Of a DNA stretch of 64,000 nt, positions 44,103-54,271 are shown piece by piece. Numbering within the stretch: the stretch's first letter is position 1; each line of letters opens with the position of its first letter. This DNA is from an uncultured Eubacteriales bacterium (GTDB taxonomy: Bacteria > Bacillota > Clostridia > Oscillospirales > CAG-272), in the NCBI GenBank assembly GCA_934467435.1, contig CAKSLR010000001.1:67-64066 (forward strand). Reading direction: 5' to 3'. The notes beneath the pieces are model-generated. The model was not told the DNA's origin. It saw only the letters and a program-made list of their open reading frames with translations, and ran no database searches. Both the position numbers and the translations under genes were made by a program.

Positions 44103-45056
44103 TCATTCATTCAGATAAAGCGATTCATACACCCCGCCGGGGATAAATTCCCGCAGAAGCGAAGTCTCCGGCACCAGATCCGCGGGGATGGGGGCAAAGC
44201 GGGAGAGCGCGGCGCGCACCACCTCGATATAGTCCCCCTGCGGGGCATCGGGGGCGGAGAGCAGCGCCTCGTCAAAGGGGCGCAGCACGCCGATTTCATA
44301 ATCGTGAAAGGTGTTGATGGCGCAGTCGGCACGGTGCTTATAGGGATAGAGATTCCGGTTCTCCCCCGCCAGCACATTCTGCCAGACCTCGTAGGTACGG
44401 CGGGCGGGAAAGGCACGGTAGAGGTGATCGCGGCAGAGACGGCGCAGGAACCGGATCTTGCGCCCCGAGAGAACGCGCGTGCCGTCCTCCTCCGCAATGT
44501 TGGTGGAAACGCTGACAAACAGGCGCAAAAGCCCCCCGTCCGACATTCCCACATCCATTTTCGGGTTCAGGGCGTGCAGCCCCTCAAAAATCACAACCCC
44601 CGCCTGCGGCAGGCGAAGCGGCGTGCCGCCCCCGCAGCGGGCGGCACGTTTGAAATCATAACGCGGCACGGGATATTCTTCCCCCGAAAGCAGGGTTTCC
44701 ATGCAGGCATGAATCTCATCGGTGTGAAGGGCATCGACCGACTCAAAATCCGGTGTGCCGTCCGGAAGGCGCGGATAAGCCGGGTCGGCGGCGGGGGAAC
44801 GGTAAAAATCGTCAAGCGATACCACGGCGGCAAAATGCCCCGCCGCCCGCAACCGGTCGGCAAGAAAATTGGCGGTGGTGGTTTTACCGGAACTGCTCGG
44901 CCCTGCCAGCAGAACCACCTGCCGCCCGCTGCCGGACAGCAGGTGCGCGGCAACCGCGTCCACCTGCCGGTGATAGCGGTTCTCCGCCGCGGCGATGGCG
45001 GCGGGCAGATCCGAAAGGCGCGCGCGCAGCGCGGCGCAGGAAAGATCGGTGGTCAT
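44103..45056 (-). CDS. P-loop nucleoside/uridine-kinase-family protein
   Basis: LLAGPSSSGKTTTANFL Walker A. SLDDFY and FEGLHALNP resemble the PRK/Udk family. Confidence 0.6.
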   Translation of the reverse strand: MTTDLSCAALRARLSDLPAAIAAAENRYHRQVDAVAAHLLSGSGRQVVLLAGPSSSGKTTTANFLADRLRAAGHFAAVVSLDDFYRSPAADPAYPRLPDGTPDFESVDALHTDEIHACMETLLSGEEYPVPRYDFKRAARCGGGTPLRLPQAGVVIFEGLHALNPKMDVGMSDGGLLRLFVSVSTNIAEEDGTRVLSGRKIRFLRRLCRDHLYRAFPARRTYEVWQNVLAGENRNLYPYKHRADCAINTFHDYEIGVLRPFDEALLSAPDAPQGDYIEVVRAALSRFAPIPADLVPETSLLREFIPGGVYESLYLNE

Positions 45057-45140
45057 GAAACGTCCTCCTTATGGCTTTTTAACAGGATACCCCGCCTTTT
45101 TCATTCTGTGACAGGCGGGGCGGTTTTTTTATTTTGTTTT

Positions 45141-45998
45141 TCAGGGCTGTTTTTGCAGCCGCGCCGAAACGGCGGCGGAAAACGCCGCGGCGGCGGGAGA
45201 GAGAGACGGGCGGGCGAAGAAGCGGGCGGGGTACCCGATGCCCTCCGCCGCCAGGCGGCAAAGGCGCACGCCGGCGCACTCCGCCGTGCGGTGCGAAATG
45301 CCGGAAAGAAAGGCAATGCCCTCCCCCGCCGCCACATAGGCAAGCAGACAGGAAACATCGCCGCACACCACCGAAACGGGGAGCGCCACACCGGCATCCG
45401 AAAGGCAACGGCGGGCAACCTCCTGCGCGGGAGAGGCGCCGTCCAGCGCCACCAGCCGCTCACCGCCGAGGGCGGAGAGCGGCACGCGATCCCATTCGGT
45501 CAGGCGGTGGGAGTCCGAGGTCAGAAGCAGCACTTCGGCAGACAGCACCTCAAAAAGGGGCGAAAGCCCCGGCACCGCCTCCGCCGCCGACACGCCAAGG
45601 TCGTAGGTCACGCCGGGCAGGGGGGTGCGGTGGACGTGAAAGGTCACGCCGGGATTTTCGGTGCGAAAATCGGTGAGAAGGCGCAGGAGCGCATCAAAAT
45701 GCTCTTCGGCGAGGAGATAGACCTCCCCCGCAAGCCCCTCGCCCTCCCCACGCACTTTTTTCGCGGCGTCCCCGAGCAGATCCAGCGCACGCTGCACCTC
45801 CCGGCAGAAGCGGCGCCCCGCCTCACTCAGGATGACGCGGTTGCCGCTGCGGACAAAAAGCTGCACCCCGAGTTCCTTTTCGAGTTGCGAGATGGTTTTG
45901 GAAATGGCGGACTGGGGAATGTTATGATACTTTGCCGCGCGGGTAAAATTTTCGGTGCGCGCGGCGGTGCAAAGGTAGCGGAGTTGCAGAAGTTCCAT
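45141..45998 (-). CDS. LysR-family transcriptional regulator
   Basis: MELLQLRYLCTAARTENFTRAAKYHNIPQSAISKTISQLEKELGVQLF (HTH_1), plus a substrate-binding domain. Confidence 0.85.
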   Translation of the reverse strand: MELLQLRYLCTAARTENFTRAAKYHNIPQSAISKTISQLEKELGVQLFVRSGNRVILSEAGRRFCREVQRALDLLGDAAKKVRGEGEGLAGEVYLLAEEHFDALLRLLTDFRTENPGVTFHVHRTPLPGVTYDLGVSAAEAVPGLSPLFEVLSAEVLLLTSDSHRLTEWDRVPLSALGGERLVALDGASPAQEVARRCLSDAGVALPVSVVCGDVSCLLAYVAAGEGIAFLSGISHRTAECAGVRLCRLAAEGIGYPARFFARPSLSPAAAAFSAAVSARLQKQP

Positions 45999-46013
45999 GT
46001 GGTATCCTTTCGG

Positions 46014-48149
46014 TCAGTCATCAAGACGGTGGTAGGTCAGCACGGGCAGAACGCACCCCTCCGCCGTATCCACGCTCCGCGCGCGGCGGCAGACAAAGGT
46101 CACGACATCGCCCGCCCGGACATCCAGCGTCAGTCCTTCGGTCGCGCGGCACATCTCATCCAGCGTCGTATCGCGCCGCACGGTGAAAAAGCCGTCCTCC
46201 CCCGCCGGGAACACGGTTTTGCCGTTGACGCGGACGGCAAACAGATAGTCGTTCTGCGGGGCAAAAAGATCGGTAAACGAAACCGTGAGGCTGCCGCTTT
46301 CGGGGGCAAGGAAGGCATAGCCCACATCCCATTCGGCGGTGGGGCCGAACACATAGTTCCGCGCCGTGTAAATGCCGCCGTGGCCGCCCCAGATATTCCT
46401 GCCGTCATAGAGCCAGCCGAAGTTTTTATCTATCTTTTCAAAAGGCGTAAACGACCCGTCCTCCTGCGAGATATAGCCGCAGCGGAAAGGACCGGGGTAG
46501 GCGACAAAGGCATAAGAGCCTGCCGTGCCCGATACAATCGGCGCGGAATCGAGAAAGGCGTAGGAAAGGCGCAGCGTACCGCGCAGAGAAAGCGTTTTTT
46601 CTCCCTCCGTGGTCCCGAGCCGAACCGAAAGCACCGTATCGGTGCGCAGCCCGAGCAGCCGGTATCCTTCGCTGCGCACGCCCTCCCCCGTGCAGGTCAC
46701 GGTGGGAAGCAGGCGCTTGGAAAGCCCGAGGGGAGACACGCGCGGCACGAGCGCCGCCGCGCGGTCGCGGTCGGTCATCTTCACTTCCCCTTCCGCCGCG
46801 GCGGTGCCGTCATAATTCAGAAACGAGAGTGCGGGGGTGGTATCGCCCCCGCGGATGCCGAGGGCAAGGAGCAGGTTCCGCGCCGTCTCGCACGCCCGTT
46901 CGTTCTGCGCCGCGGCGGTACAGGTACCGTCCGCGCGGTAAAGTTCGGATACGGTTGCGGGGGTGTGATAGCCGAAAAAGAGGCGGAAAGCGCGCGCGTC
47001 ATAGCGCGAAAAATACTGCTGCACCGAGGCGGCATCGGCAAAGGCGTTGACCGCATCCGAAAGCAGGAACACGTCCGCATCCTCCCCGCTGTTTGCCAGT
47101 GCGTACGCACCGGCGCGCACCCCGTTCATGGCGAGCGTGGTGCTGCCGTACCCGGTTTCTGCCCGCGGGAGCACGATGCCGGTGAAGGAAGAGGGATAAT
47201 CCGCATCCCCCTGCGAGAAGGAGAACGCGGCATCCAGCGTAGCCTTGGCTTCCCGGAAGGCGGCGAGGAACGCCGCCTCGGACAGGGCGCCGTCCATTCC
47301 CGCATCGGGCGCATAAAACCAGCCGGTACGGGCGTGCACGTAGTGCCCCGACGCAAATTCCCCACGCAGGGTATCGGCAACCGAGGCAAAGAGCGCCGCG
47401 ACAATTTCCGCCGCCCCGCCGCCGGGGGCATAATCAAAGATGGAGGTGTTCTCCATTGCCATGTTGACAACCAACACCTTTTCCCCGGTCTGCTCTACCC
47501 ACTGATAGGCAAGCGGCGCGGAGAAGGAGGCGTATTTCCCCGCCCCGCTCTGGGTCAGTTCTTCGGTGCGGCAGACGGGCATCATGTAATTTTTGGAATA
47601 CTCGCCCCCATCGGTCAGGGTAGCGGGCACAAAGTCATCGGCATTGGCGGCGGTGGGGCGGGGCGAGCCGCTGGCAGCGGGGAAAATGCCGTAGACATTC
47701 CCGCGGGAAGCGCGGAGCGTGGCGCTGTCCGGTGTGGCACTGCCGCGCACCTCGCTGCCGCCGAGCAGAAGAAAGACGGCAAGGCGCGCAGGGGAAACCC
47801 GGACGGGGAGCGATCCCTCGCTCCCGTCCGGCAGGCGGTAGTGCACCGTGGCACTGCCGATGCCGACCGCCCGCAGGCAGAAGGCGGCATCGCTCTCCCC
47901 GGTCAGGGTCAGCACCTCCCCCTCCCCTGCGACATCGGAGAGTGAGAGGAACGTGCCGTCGAGCGAAAGATCATCGTCATAAAACAGGCTGCGGACACCG
48001 TCCTCCGGCGCGGGTGCAGGGGCGGGCGCCTCACCGGCGGGTTTTTCCAGAAACGCGCGGATCGCGGAAAGTTGCGCGCAGCCGGAGAGCGACAGGGCGC
48101 AGCACAGGCAAAGTAAGAGCGCCGGCATCCGGCGGAGCAGAAATCGCAT
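46014..48149 (-). CDS. Large lipoprotein, unknown function
   Basis: Start MRFLLRRMPALLLCLCCALSLSGC (lipobox LSGC) at 48149 after AAAGGAG. An Ig-like segment (LRAVGIGSATVHYRLPDG) is followed by about 550 aa with no family I recognise. Confidence 0.6.
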   Translation of the reverse strand: MRFLLRRMPALLLCLCCALSLSGCAQLSAIRAFLEKPAGEAPAPAPAPEDGVRSLFYDDDLSLDGTFLSLSDVAGEGEVLTLTGESDAAFCLRAVGIGSATVHYRLPDGSEGSLPVRVSPARLAVFLLLGGSEVRGSATPDSATLRASRGNVYGIFPAASGSPRPTAANADDFVPATLTDGGEYSKNYMMPVCRTEELTQSGAGKYASFSAPLAYQWVEQTGEKVLVVNMAMENTSIFDYAPGGGAAEIVAALFASVADTLRGEFASGHYVHARTGWFYAPDAGMDGALSEAAFLAAFREAKATLDAAFSFSQGDADYPSSFTGIVLPRAETGYGSTTLAMNGVRAGAYALANSGEDADVFLLSDAVNAFADAASVQQYFSRYDARAFRLFFGYHTPATVSELYRADGTCTAAAQNERACETARNLLLALGIRGGDTTPALSFLNYDGTAAAEGEVKMTDRDRAAALVPRVSPLGLSKRLLPTVTCTGEGVRSEGYRLLGLRTDTVLSVRLGTTEGEKTLSLRGTLRLSYAFLDSAPIVSGTAGSYAFVAYPGPFRCGYISQEDGSFTPFEKIDKNFGWLYDGRNIWGGHGGIYTARNYVFGPTAEWDVGYAFLAPESGSLTVSFTDLFAPQNDYLFAVRVNGKTVFPAGEDGFFTVRRDTTLDEMCRATEGLTLDVRAGDVVTFVCRRARSVDTAEGCVLPVLTYHRLDD

Positions 48150-48230
48150 AAAGGCTCCTTTCCCCCAAACAGGCGAGAAAAAGAATGGCGGGGGCAGCCC
48201 TTCCGTGCGGAAGGGCTGCCGCACACGTTC

Positions 48231-48259
48231 ATTATACGGCATTTTGTGCCGGATTGCAA
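48231..48259 (-). promoter_or_regulatory. Promoter of the 46014-48149 lipoprotein gene, followed by a 12-bp 5'-terminal hairpin
   Basis: On the minus strand: TTGCAA (48259-48254), 17-nt spacer, TATAAT (48236-48231). The hairpin GGCAGCCCTTCC-gcac-GGAAGGGCTGCC occupies 48193-48220, at about +4 of the transcript. Confidence 0.55.
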
Positions 48260-48330
48260 GAAAAAGATAAAAAAGATACAAATTTCCTGCCTTTTTTCCG
48301 CCCGGATACAGCAAAATGGAGAAAAAACGC

Positions 48331-48366
48331 AAAAAAAGCGGAGGCTGCCACAGGGGCAGCCTCCGC
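48331..48366 (-). terminator. Intrinsic terminator of the solute-binding protein gene
   Basis: GCGGAGGCTGCC-loop-GGCAGCCTCCGC, followed on the minus strand by TTTTTTT. Confidence 0.8.
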
Positions 48367-48392
48367 GCTTTGCCGAATATCCGGCAGGAATT

Positions 48393-49913
48393 TTAATAAT
48401 TGGTCAGTTCTTCGTATCTCTCGGCAAGTGCCTGCAGACGCTTCTGCATGGTGTCGGAGATACCCGCCCACATATCGGCAGCGCTGCCGCCGTCGTTGAT
48501 GGCGGTACGGGTGAAGTAGGCAAGACCGACGTTCGTGCCGTTGTACGCCACGCGCAACTCATCCGAAGCGGACGAGTGAATCATGGACAGGTCATAGGTA
48601 CGACCCTTGTAGATGTAGTCGATCATCGGAATCGACGCCTCATCACGGGTGTTACCGTGGGTCAGAATGACATCGTAGTAAGCCGGAACGACCGTACGGT
48701 GCGTTTCCGCTGCCAAAGCCTCGGTCAGGGCGCCGATCATGGTCTTACGGGTCTCATCGTTCGAGCCGACAGGCGCGTAGATGACCGAAGAAGAGTCGTT
48801 CACGCCGGCAAGATAGGTCTTCTGGTTCTTCGAACTCTTCGGGTAAGGAAGAATACCGAAATCAATCTCGGCTTCGTGCAGCGTTTCCCCATCCAGAGAA
48901 CCGAGCAGCGTGGTCAGGAACAGACCGCCGCCTGCGGCGAACTTCTTATCGTTATCCGAATAGGTCGTGAGCGCACCGCTCGACTTCCAGATCGAAGAAA
49001 TTGCGTCAATGGTAGCCACCGTGGTGCTGGTCATGGTCATCAGTTCGGGCGTAGTTTCGCCGTCATTGATGACCTGCTGAATCCCGGCGGCTCTGCTTGC
49101 CAGATCCAGCGGGTGAACGGTGGTGGAAAGCAGACCGAAGGTATCCTCGGCATCCACCTTGTTCGGCTCGCCGGAGGTGGGGTTATCCCGCCAGAAATCC
49201 TTAACGATCTTATACATATTATCGAGCGTCCAGTCACCGCCCTCGACGACGTCGTAGAGCGTGTTGTACCTGGCGTCGATGCTCTTTGCCACGTTGTTAT
49301 CGTCTGCCATGTCCTTATTGAACACGAGGCAACCGGTATGGTACAGGGCGGACATATTGATATCCGACACGCCGACAAACTGACGGCCGTAGAGCGTAAA
49401 AGCAATGTTCGACTGGGGGTTCCACCAATCGTTCTTCCCGATGCTGTCCTTGACATAGGGCACCTCGGAACGCAGGTCATAAAGCATACCGGTCATGATA
49501 ATCGGACCGACGAGCCAGACCTGACCGAGCGCCACGTGGAAGTCCACGTTGCCGTCATTGATCGCACGCTTGACCGCGTTGGTATGATCCTCCGCCACCT
49601 GACCTTCGGTGTAAGAGGACGTGATCTTCACATTGAAGAGGTTGTTCATGCGGTTGTTACGCTGCAGAATTGCATCATCACGCTGGTCGGGCTTCTCTTC
49701 TTCCTTATAAATCTCACCCAGGTAAGAAGGAAGCATCGAGACAACGAACTCTTCGCCGTTGAAGTTATGTTCGCCAACGCTGTCCAGACGCGGGGTCGTA
49801 TCACCGGGGTTCGGGTTGTCGGGATTGCCGCCGTTATTATTATTATTGTTCGGACAGGCAGCAAAGGGCAACGTCATGCAAAGTACAAGCAAAAGTGCAA
49901 ATACCCGTTTCAT
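48393..49913 (-). CDS. Extracellular solute-binding lipoprotein (sugar-type ABC SBP), with no adjacent permease or ATPase genes
   Basis: Start MKRVFALLLVLCMTLPFAAC (lipobox) at 49913 after GGAGG. Asn/Gly/Pro linker. About 500 aa, as for family-1 SBPs. Confidence 0.7.
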   Translation of the reverse strand: MKRVFALLLVLCMTLPFAACPNNNNNNGGNPDNPNPGDTTPRLDSVGEHNFNGEEFVVSMLPSYLGEIYKEEEKPDQRDDAILQRNNRMNNLFNVKITSSYTEGQVAEDHTNAVKRAINDGNVDFHVALGQVWLVGPIIMTGMLYDLRSEVPYVKDSIGKNDWWNPQSNIAFTLYGRQFVGVSDINMSALYHTGCLVFNKDMADDNNVAKSIDARYNTLYDVVEGGDWTLDNMYKIVKDFWRDNPTSGEPNKVDAEDTFGLLSTTVHPLDLASRAAGIQQVINDGETTPELMTMTSTTVATIDAISSIWKSSGALTTYSDNDKKFAAGGGLFLTTLLGSLDGETLHEAEIDFGILPYPKSSKNQKTYLAGVNDSSSVIYAPVGSNDETRKTMIGALTEALAAETHRTVVPAYYDVILTHGNTRDEASIPMIDYIYKGRTYDLSMIHSSASDELRVAYNGTNVGLAYFTRTAINDGGSAADMWAGISDTMQKRLQALAERYEELTNY

Positions 49914-49954
49914 AGAGCAGAATTTTTCCTCCATACTATTTTTTCAGTATTCCC

Positions 49955-49983
49955 ATTATAGCACGCCGGATGTCAACTGTAAA
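49955..49983 (-). promoter_or_regulatory. Promoter of the SBP gene
   Basis: On the minus strand: TTTACA (49983-49978), 17-nt spacer, TATAAT (49960-49955). Confidence 0.55.
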
Positions 49984-50044
49984 GAGGACGGACGGAAAAT
50001 CGGCGCCTTGCACAATTTTCTGGGTGTGTTTTTTGGCAATATGC

Positions 50045-50788
50045 CTATATTTTTTGACCGATATTTTCCTTTTTCCCAAAGGTTGCCGCTTCGACAAACG
50101 CCACAATGGGCGCGGGGTCGGCAAGCGAGTGGGGGTGGTGGTCACATTCCGGCTTGACGATAACGGTCACGGGTGCCCCCGCCGCACGGTAAGCGGCAAC
50201 CAGGCAGGCGCCGTTTTCTTCATACGGCACGGTTTTATCGGCGCCGCCCGCCACCAGCAGCACGGGCAGGCGGGTGGCAATGAGTTCGGGCAGGCGGTCG
50301 ATCGGTGCGCCGCGGAACGCCAGCACATCCGCCACCGTGCGCAGGGAAAAGACCCGCGCTTTGCAGTCTTCCCACTCCGCGGGCGAGCCGCAGCCCAGCC
50401 CCAGCCCCGCCGGCCAGCTTTTGAGGTCCAGCACCGGCGCATCCAGATACAGGCAGGTGCAATCGGCGGGGTAGGCGATGGCATAATTGCAGGCATACAA
50501 CCCGCCGCGGGAAAAGCCGAAGAGGGCGGCGCGGGGGGATAGGTGATAGGTTTCCGTCAGGTAGTCGTGAAAGCGGTGGAATGCCGCGATGGCGGCGGGG
50601 GAACCGTATTCATTGGAAACGCAGTAATAGGCGATGTGGAAGCCGCGTGCGAGCAGCGCCAGATCTGCCTGATTGAAGGCATAAAGAAACTCGGTGCGCC
50701 ACACCCAGGGGTTGCCGGGGGCGGGACTCTCCGGCACAATCAGGGTGGCGGCTCTGCCGTCCAGGGTAAATTCAATCGTTTGGCTCAC
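50045..50788 (-). CDS. Alpha/beta-hydrolase (esterase)
   Basis: GFSRGG nucleophile elbow (G-x-S-x-G). C-terminal ...GGADKTVP...DHHPHS acid/His region. Confidence 0.7.
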   Translation of the reverse strand: MSQTIEFTLDGRAATLIVPESPAPGNPWVWRTEFLYAFNQADLALLARGFHIAYYCVSNEYGSPAAIAAFHRFHDYLTETYHLSPRAALFGFSRGGLYACNYAIAYPADCTCLYLDAPVLDLKSWPAGLGLGCGSPAEWEDCKARVFSLRTVADVLAFRGAPIDRLPELIATRLPVLLVAGGADKTVPYEENGACLVAAYRAAGAPVTVIVKPECDHHPHSLADPAPIVAFVEAATFGKKENIGQKI

Positions 50789-50923
50789 TGGGAAAACTCC
50801 TTTGTTTTTTTCCTCATTATAGCACGGCGGGCGGGGGAAGTCAAGGCGGTTTTAACGATTTATTCACATTTCGGGAGCGGGGGTTTGCTATAATGAAAAG
50901 AACGAAAAAAGCGGGAGGCAACC

Positions 50924-51664
50924 ATGGAAGAGGGGGCATACGGTGCGGATTTTGCCGCGCAGTTTGACGCATTGTTCAGGGCGAACGGGCTGGGGGACTT
51001 TGCCACCCCCGAAAACGCCGCTGCGTTTGCCGCACTTGCGGCGCACATGCGGGAGGAAAACGCCCGCTTCAACCTGACCGCCATTACCGAGGAGCGGCAG
51101 GTGCTGTTCCGCCACATTCTGGACAGTGCCGCTTTCGCGCGGTTTCTGCCGCAGGGAGCGCGGGTACTGGACGTGGGCTGTGGGGCGGGGTTCCCTACCC
51201 TGCCGCTTGCCGTCTGCCGCCCCGATCTTTCCCTTACGGCGCTGGACGCTACCCGCAAGCGGGTAGAGTACGTGGCGGGGTGTGCGGCGCTGCTCGGGCT
51301 GAAGAACGTGCAGACGGTCTGCGCGCGGGCGGAGGAAGCCGCGCGCACCGGACTTCGCGGCGCGTTTGATGCGGTGACCGCCCGTGCGGTAGCGGCGCTG
51401 CCGGTGCTGGCGGAACTTTGCCTGCCCTTTGTACGGGTGGGGGGATTGTTTTTGCCGATGAAGGCACGCGGGGCGGCGGAGGAAGCCGCCGCCGCGCTCC
51501 ATGCGGTCGGGTGCCTTGGCGCCGAGGCGGCGGGGAGTGAGACTTTCACCCTCTCGGACGGCGCGGAAGTGCTGACGCGCACGGCGCTCTTTTACCGCAA
51601 AAAGAAGGAGACCGACGCCGCCTATCCCCGTGCCTATGCGCGGATTCTGAAAAAGCCGCTCTGA
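50924..51664 (+). CDS. rsmG: 16S rRNA (guanine527-N7)-methyltransferase
   Basis: FNLTAITEERQVLFRHILDS and VLDVGCGAGFPTLPLA SAM motif. Confidence 0.85.
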   Translation: MEEGAYGADFAAQFDALFRANGLGDFATPENAAAFAALAAHMREENARFNLTAITEERQVLFRHILDSAAFARFLPQGARVLDVGCGAGFPTLPLAVCRPDLSLTALDATRKRVEYVAGCAALLGLKNVQTVCARAEEAARTGLRGAFDAVTARAVAALPVLAELCLPFVRVGGLFLPMKARGAAEEAAAALHAVGCLGAEAAGSETFTLSDGAEVLTRTALFYRKKKETDAAYPRAYARILKKPL

Positions 51665-51869
51665 CGCCGGCGGCGCCCCCGCAGGTTACGGGGGCGCCGC
51701 ACCGTTTTCCGCGCCGGGCGGAACACCGAACCGGATTCCGGCAAGCGGCGTGCCGGAAACCGGCATACCCGCACAACGGCAAAACCGACGCCGGGGTGCC
51801 GTGCGGGCGCCCGGTTGCCGGGTACGCCCGCCATGCGGGTGCCGCGACCGAAAAAAGAAAGGAAACGCC

Positions 51870-54059
51870 ATGAAACGAACGAACAAACTGCCCGAGTTGC
51901 TTGCCCCTGCCGGCTCGCCCGATGCGCTGCGGGCGGCAATAGAAGGCGGGGCGGATGCCGTCTACCTCGGCGGCAACGGGTTTAACGCGCGGGCGGGCGC
52001 GGTGAATTTCGGAGAAGAGCAGATGGCGGACGCCGCCGCGCTTTGCCGGATGTACGGCGTTTCGCTTTACGTGACGCTCAACACCCTGCTCTATGACCGC
52101 GAATGCGAGGCGTTTTTGCGTTACGCCGCCACCCTGTATGAAATGGGGGTTGACGCGGTGATTGTTGCCGATTTCGGCGCCATGCGCCTGCTGCGCACCT
52201 ACCTGCCGGGGTTGCCGGTGCATGCCAGCACGCAGGCATCCGTACACTCGCTTGCGGGGGCGGAAGCCGCCGCCCGCATGGGCTGCCGGCGGGTGGTGCT
52301 GGCGCGGGAGTTGCCGCTTGCCGAAATTGCCGCCGTCACGGCGGCGGCACCGATCGAAACCGAGGTGTTTCTGCACGGGGCGCTGTGCGTTTCCCACTCG
52401 GGGCAATGTCTGTTTTCCTCTCTGGTCGGGGGGCGTTCCGCCAACCGCGGGGAATGCGCCCAGCCCTGCCGCCTGCCCTATAACGGCACCTACCCCATCA
52501 GCCTGCGGGATCTTTCGCTTGCCCCGCACGTGCCTGCGCTGATCGGGGCGGGCGTTGCCTCGCTGAAAATCGAGGGGCGGATGAAAAGCCCCGCCTACGT
52601 CTACGGGGTCACGTCCATCTACCGCCGGCTGCTGGACGAGGGGCGCGCCGCCACGGCGGAGGAAAACCGCCGCCTTGCCGCTCTGTTTTCGCGCGGCGGC
52701 TTTACCGACGGTTATTTTTGCGGCAAGTGCGAGCGCCCGATGACGGGCGTGCGGTCGGAGGAGGACAAGAGCGCCAGCCGCGCCCTGCCCCCGCCGCCGG
52801 TCGGCGTGCGGAAACTCCCTGCCCGCGGCGGCGTCCTTCTGTGGAAGGGGAAAGCGGCTTCCTTCTCCATCTACCTCGAGGACGGGCGGGAGGCGACCTA
52901 CCATGGCGCCGTTCCCGTGCCGGCACGCTCGGCACCCCTGACCGTGGACGGCGTGCGGGAGCGGCTCTCGCGCACCGGCGGCACGCCGGTGCTGCTGCCG
53001 CCCATGGCGATTGCCGTTTCGCTGGACGAAGGGCTGAACCTTTCGCCGGGGGAACTGAACGCGCTGCGGCGCGGGGCGATGGACGCGCTGTTTGCGCCCC
53101 CCGTACGGCATGCCCCTCCCCTGCCCGAAAAAAAGGATCTTCTGCCGCCCGGGGGCGGGAACGCCCCGGTTTGCACGGTGCTTTGCCTGCGGGCAGAGCA
53201 GGCGGACGCGCTGCGCGCGGCATGGCGGGCGGCGGCGCCAAACGGAACGGACACCGGAAGCGACGAAGAACCGCAGGGGCGCGAAAACACGGCGCGCCAG
53301 GAAAAGAACGTGCTGCCGGAGAGTGCCGGCGCGACCGCACAGGCAGGTGCAACTGCCGCACGGCAGACGCCGCCCCCCGGCGCCCCGCTCCTCTTTTTGC
53401 CGCTCTTCGGTTATGAAGAGGCACACGAACTGCCCGATGGCGTTTACCTGCCGCCGGTGATCTGCGAGCGGGAGAAAGAGGACGTCCGCGCCGCGCTGCG
53501 CCGCGCCCGTGCGGCGGGCATTGCGTATGCCCTGTGCGGCAACATCGGCACGATTGGGCCCGTACGGGAGATGGGCTTTACGGTGATCGGCGATTTCCGT
53601 CTGAACATCACCAACCGCGCCGCGGCCGCCGAGATGCGCGAGGCGGGCGTTGCCCACGCGATTCTTTCCCCCGAACTGACGTTGCCACAGGCGCGCGACA
53701 TCGGCGGCGGGGTGTTGGTGTACGGCAGAATTCCCCTGATGCTGACCGAGCGCTGCTTTGTGCGCGAGAATTTCGGCTGCGGGGCGTGCGGGCACGCCGC
53801 CCTAAGGGATCGGCGGGGCGTTTCGTTTCCCATCGTGCGGGAATACCCGCACCGCGGCATGATTCTGAACAGTCTGCCGACCTACATGGGCGACCGTGCG
53901 GCGCAGCTTGCCGACTACCGCATTACGGCAACGCATTTTCTTTTTACCGTGGAAAGCGGGGCGGAGTGCGCCGCCGTATGGCGCGCCTTCCGGCGGGGAG
54001 AGGCGCTCCCCTGCCCCTGCCGCCGTGTGGCGGTGAAATCATTCCGACGTGACGGGTGA
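51870..54059 (+). CDS. U32-family peptidase-like protein (two-domain long form)
   Basis: Start MKRTNKLPELLAPAGSPDALRAAIEGGADAVYLGG. E-x-F-x2-G-[SA]-[LIVM]-C-x4-G-x-C-like region EVFLHGALCVSHSGQC. Confidence 0.8.
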   Translation: MKRTNKLPELLAPAGSPDALRAAIEGGADAVYLGGNGFNARAGAVNFGEEQMADAAALCRMYGVSLYVTLNTLLYDRECEAFLRYAATLYEMGVDAVIVADFGAMRLLRTYLPGLPVHASTQASVHSLAGAEAAARMGCRRVVLARELPLAEIAAVTAAAPIETEVFLHGALCVSHSGQCLFSSLVGGRSANRGECAQPCRLPYNGTYPISLRDLSLAPHVPALIGAGVASLKIEGRMKSPAYVYGVTSIYRRLLDEGRAATAEENRRLAALFSRGGFTDGYFCGKCERPMTGVRSEEDKSASRALPPPPVGVRKLPARGGVLLWKGKAASFSIYLEDGREATYHGAVPVPARSAPLTVDGVRERLSRTGGTPVLLPPMAIAVSLDEGLNLSPGELNALRRGAMDALFAPPVRHAPPLPEKKDLLPPGGGNAPVCTVLCLRAEQADALRAAWRAAAPNGTDTGSDEEPQGRENTARQEKNVLPESAGATAQAGATAARQTPPPGAPLLFLPLFGYEEAHELPDGVYLPPVICEREKEDVRAALRRARAAGIAYALCGNIGTIGPVREMGFTVIGDFRLNITNRAAAAEMREAGVAHAILSPELTLPQARDIGGGVLVYGRIPLMLTERCFVRENFGCGACGHAALRDRRGVSFPIVREYPHRGMILNSLPTYMGDRAAQLADYRITATHFLFTVESGAECAAVWRAFRRGEALPCPCRRVAVKSFRRDG

Positions 54060-54160
54060 CAAACACGCCGCCCGCGCCGAAAAACGTACCCCAAGCGGAA
54101 ACGCGGAACATCCCGGGAGGCGTCCCTTCTCCGACCGGCGCCGCATCCGGGTCATAAAAA

Positions 54161-54185
54161 AGCGGCACACCGTGCCGCTTTTTTT
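54161..54185 (+). terminator. Intrinsic terminator after the U32 gene
   Basis: AGCGGCAC-acc-GTGCCGCT followed by TTTTTT. Confidence 0.7.
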
Positions 54186-54232
54186 GTGTTTTCCCGTTGG
54201 TTTGCCAACCCGTGAAAAGCAGGTGACGAACC

Positions 54233-54264
54233 AAAAAGTCCGCCGCTGCCATGGGCAGCGGCGG
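54233..54264 (-). terminator. Intrinsic terminator of hpt
   Basis: CCGCCGCTGCC-atg-GGCAGCGGCGG, followed on the minus strand by ACTTTTTGG. Confidence 0.75.
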
Positions 54265-54271
54265 GGCGACT

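Noticed and set aside
45090-45130. A terminator-like hairpin (CCCCGCCT...AGGCGGGG + TTTTTTT) between the LysR and kinase genes.
   Set aside because: The T-run is on the plus strand, where no gene ends. On the coding (minus) strand it is an A-run followed by a hairpin, so it is not an intrinsic terminator for the LysR gene. It is probably incidental or acts on antisense transcription.
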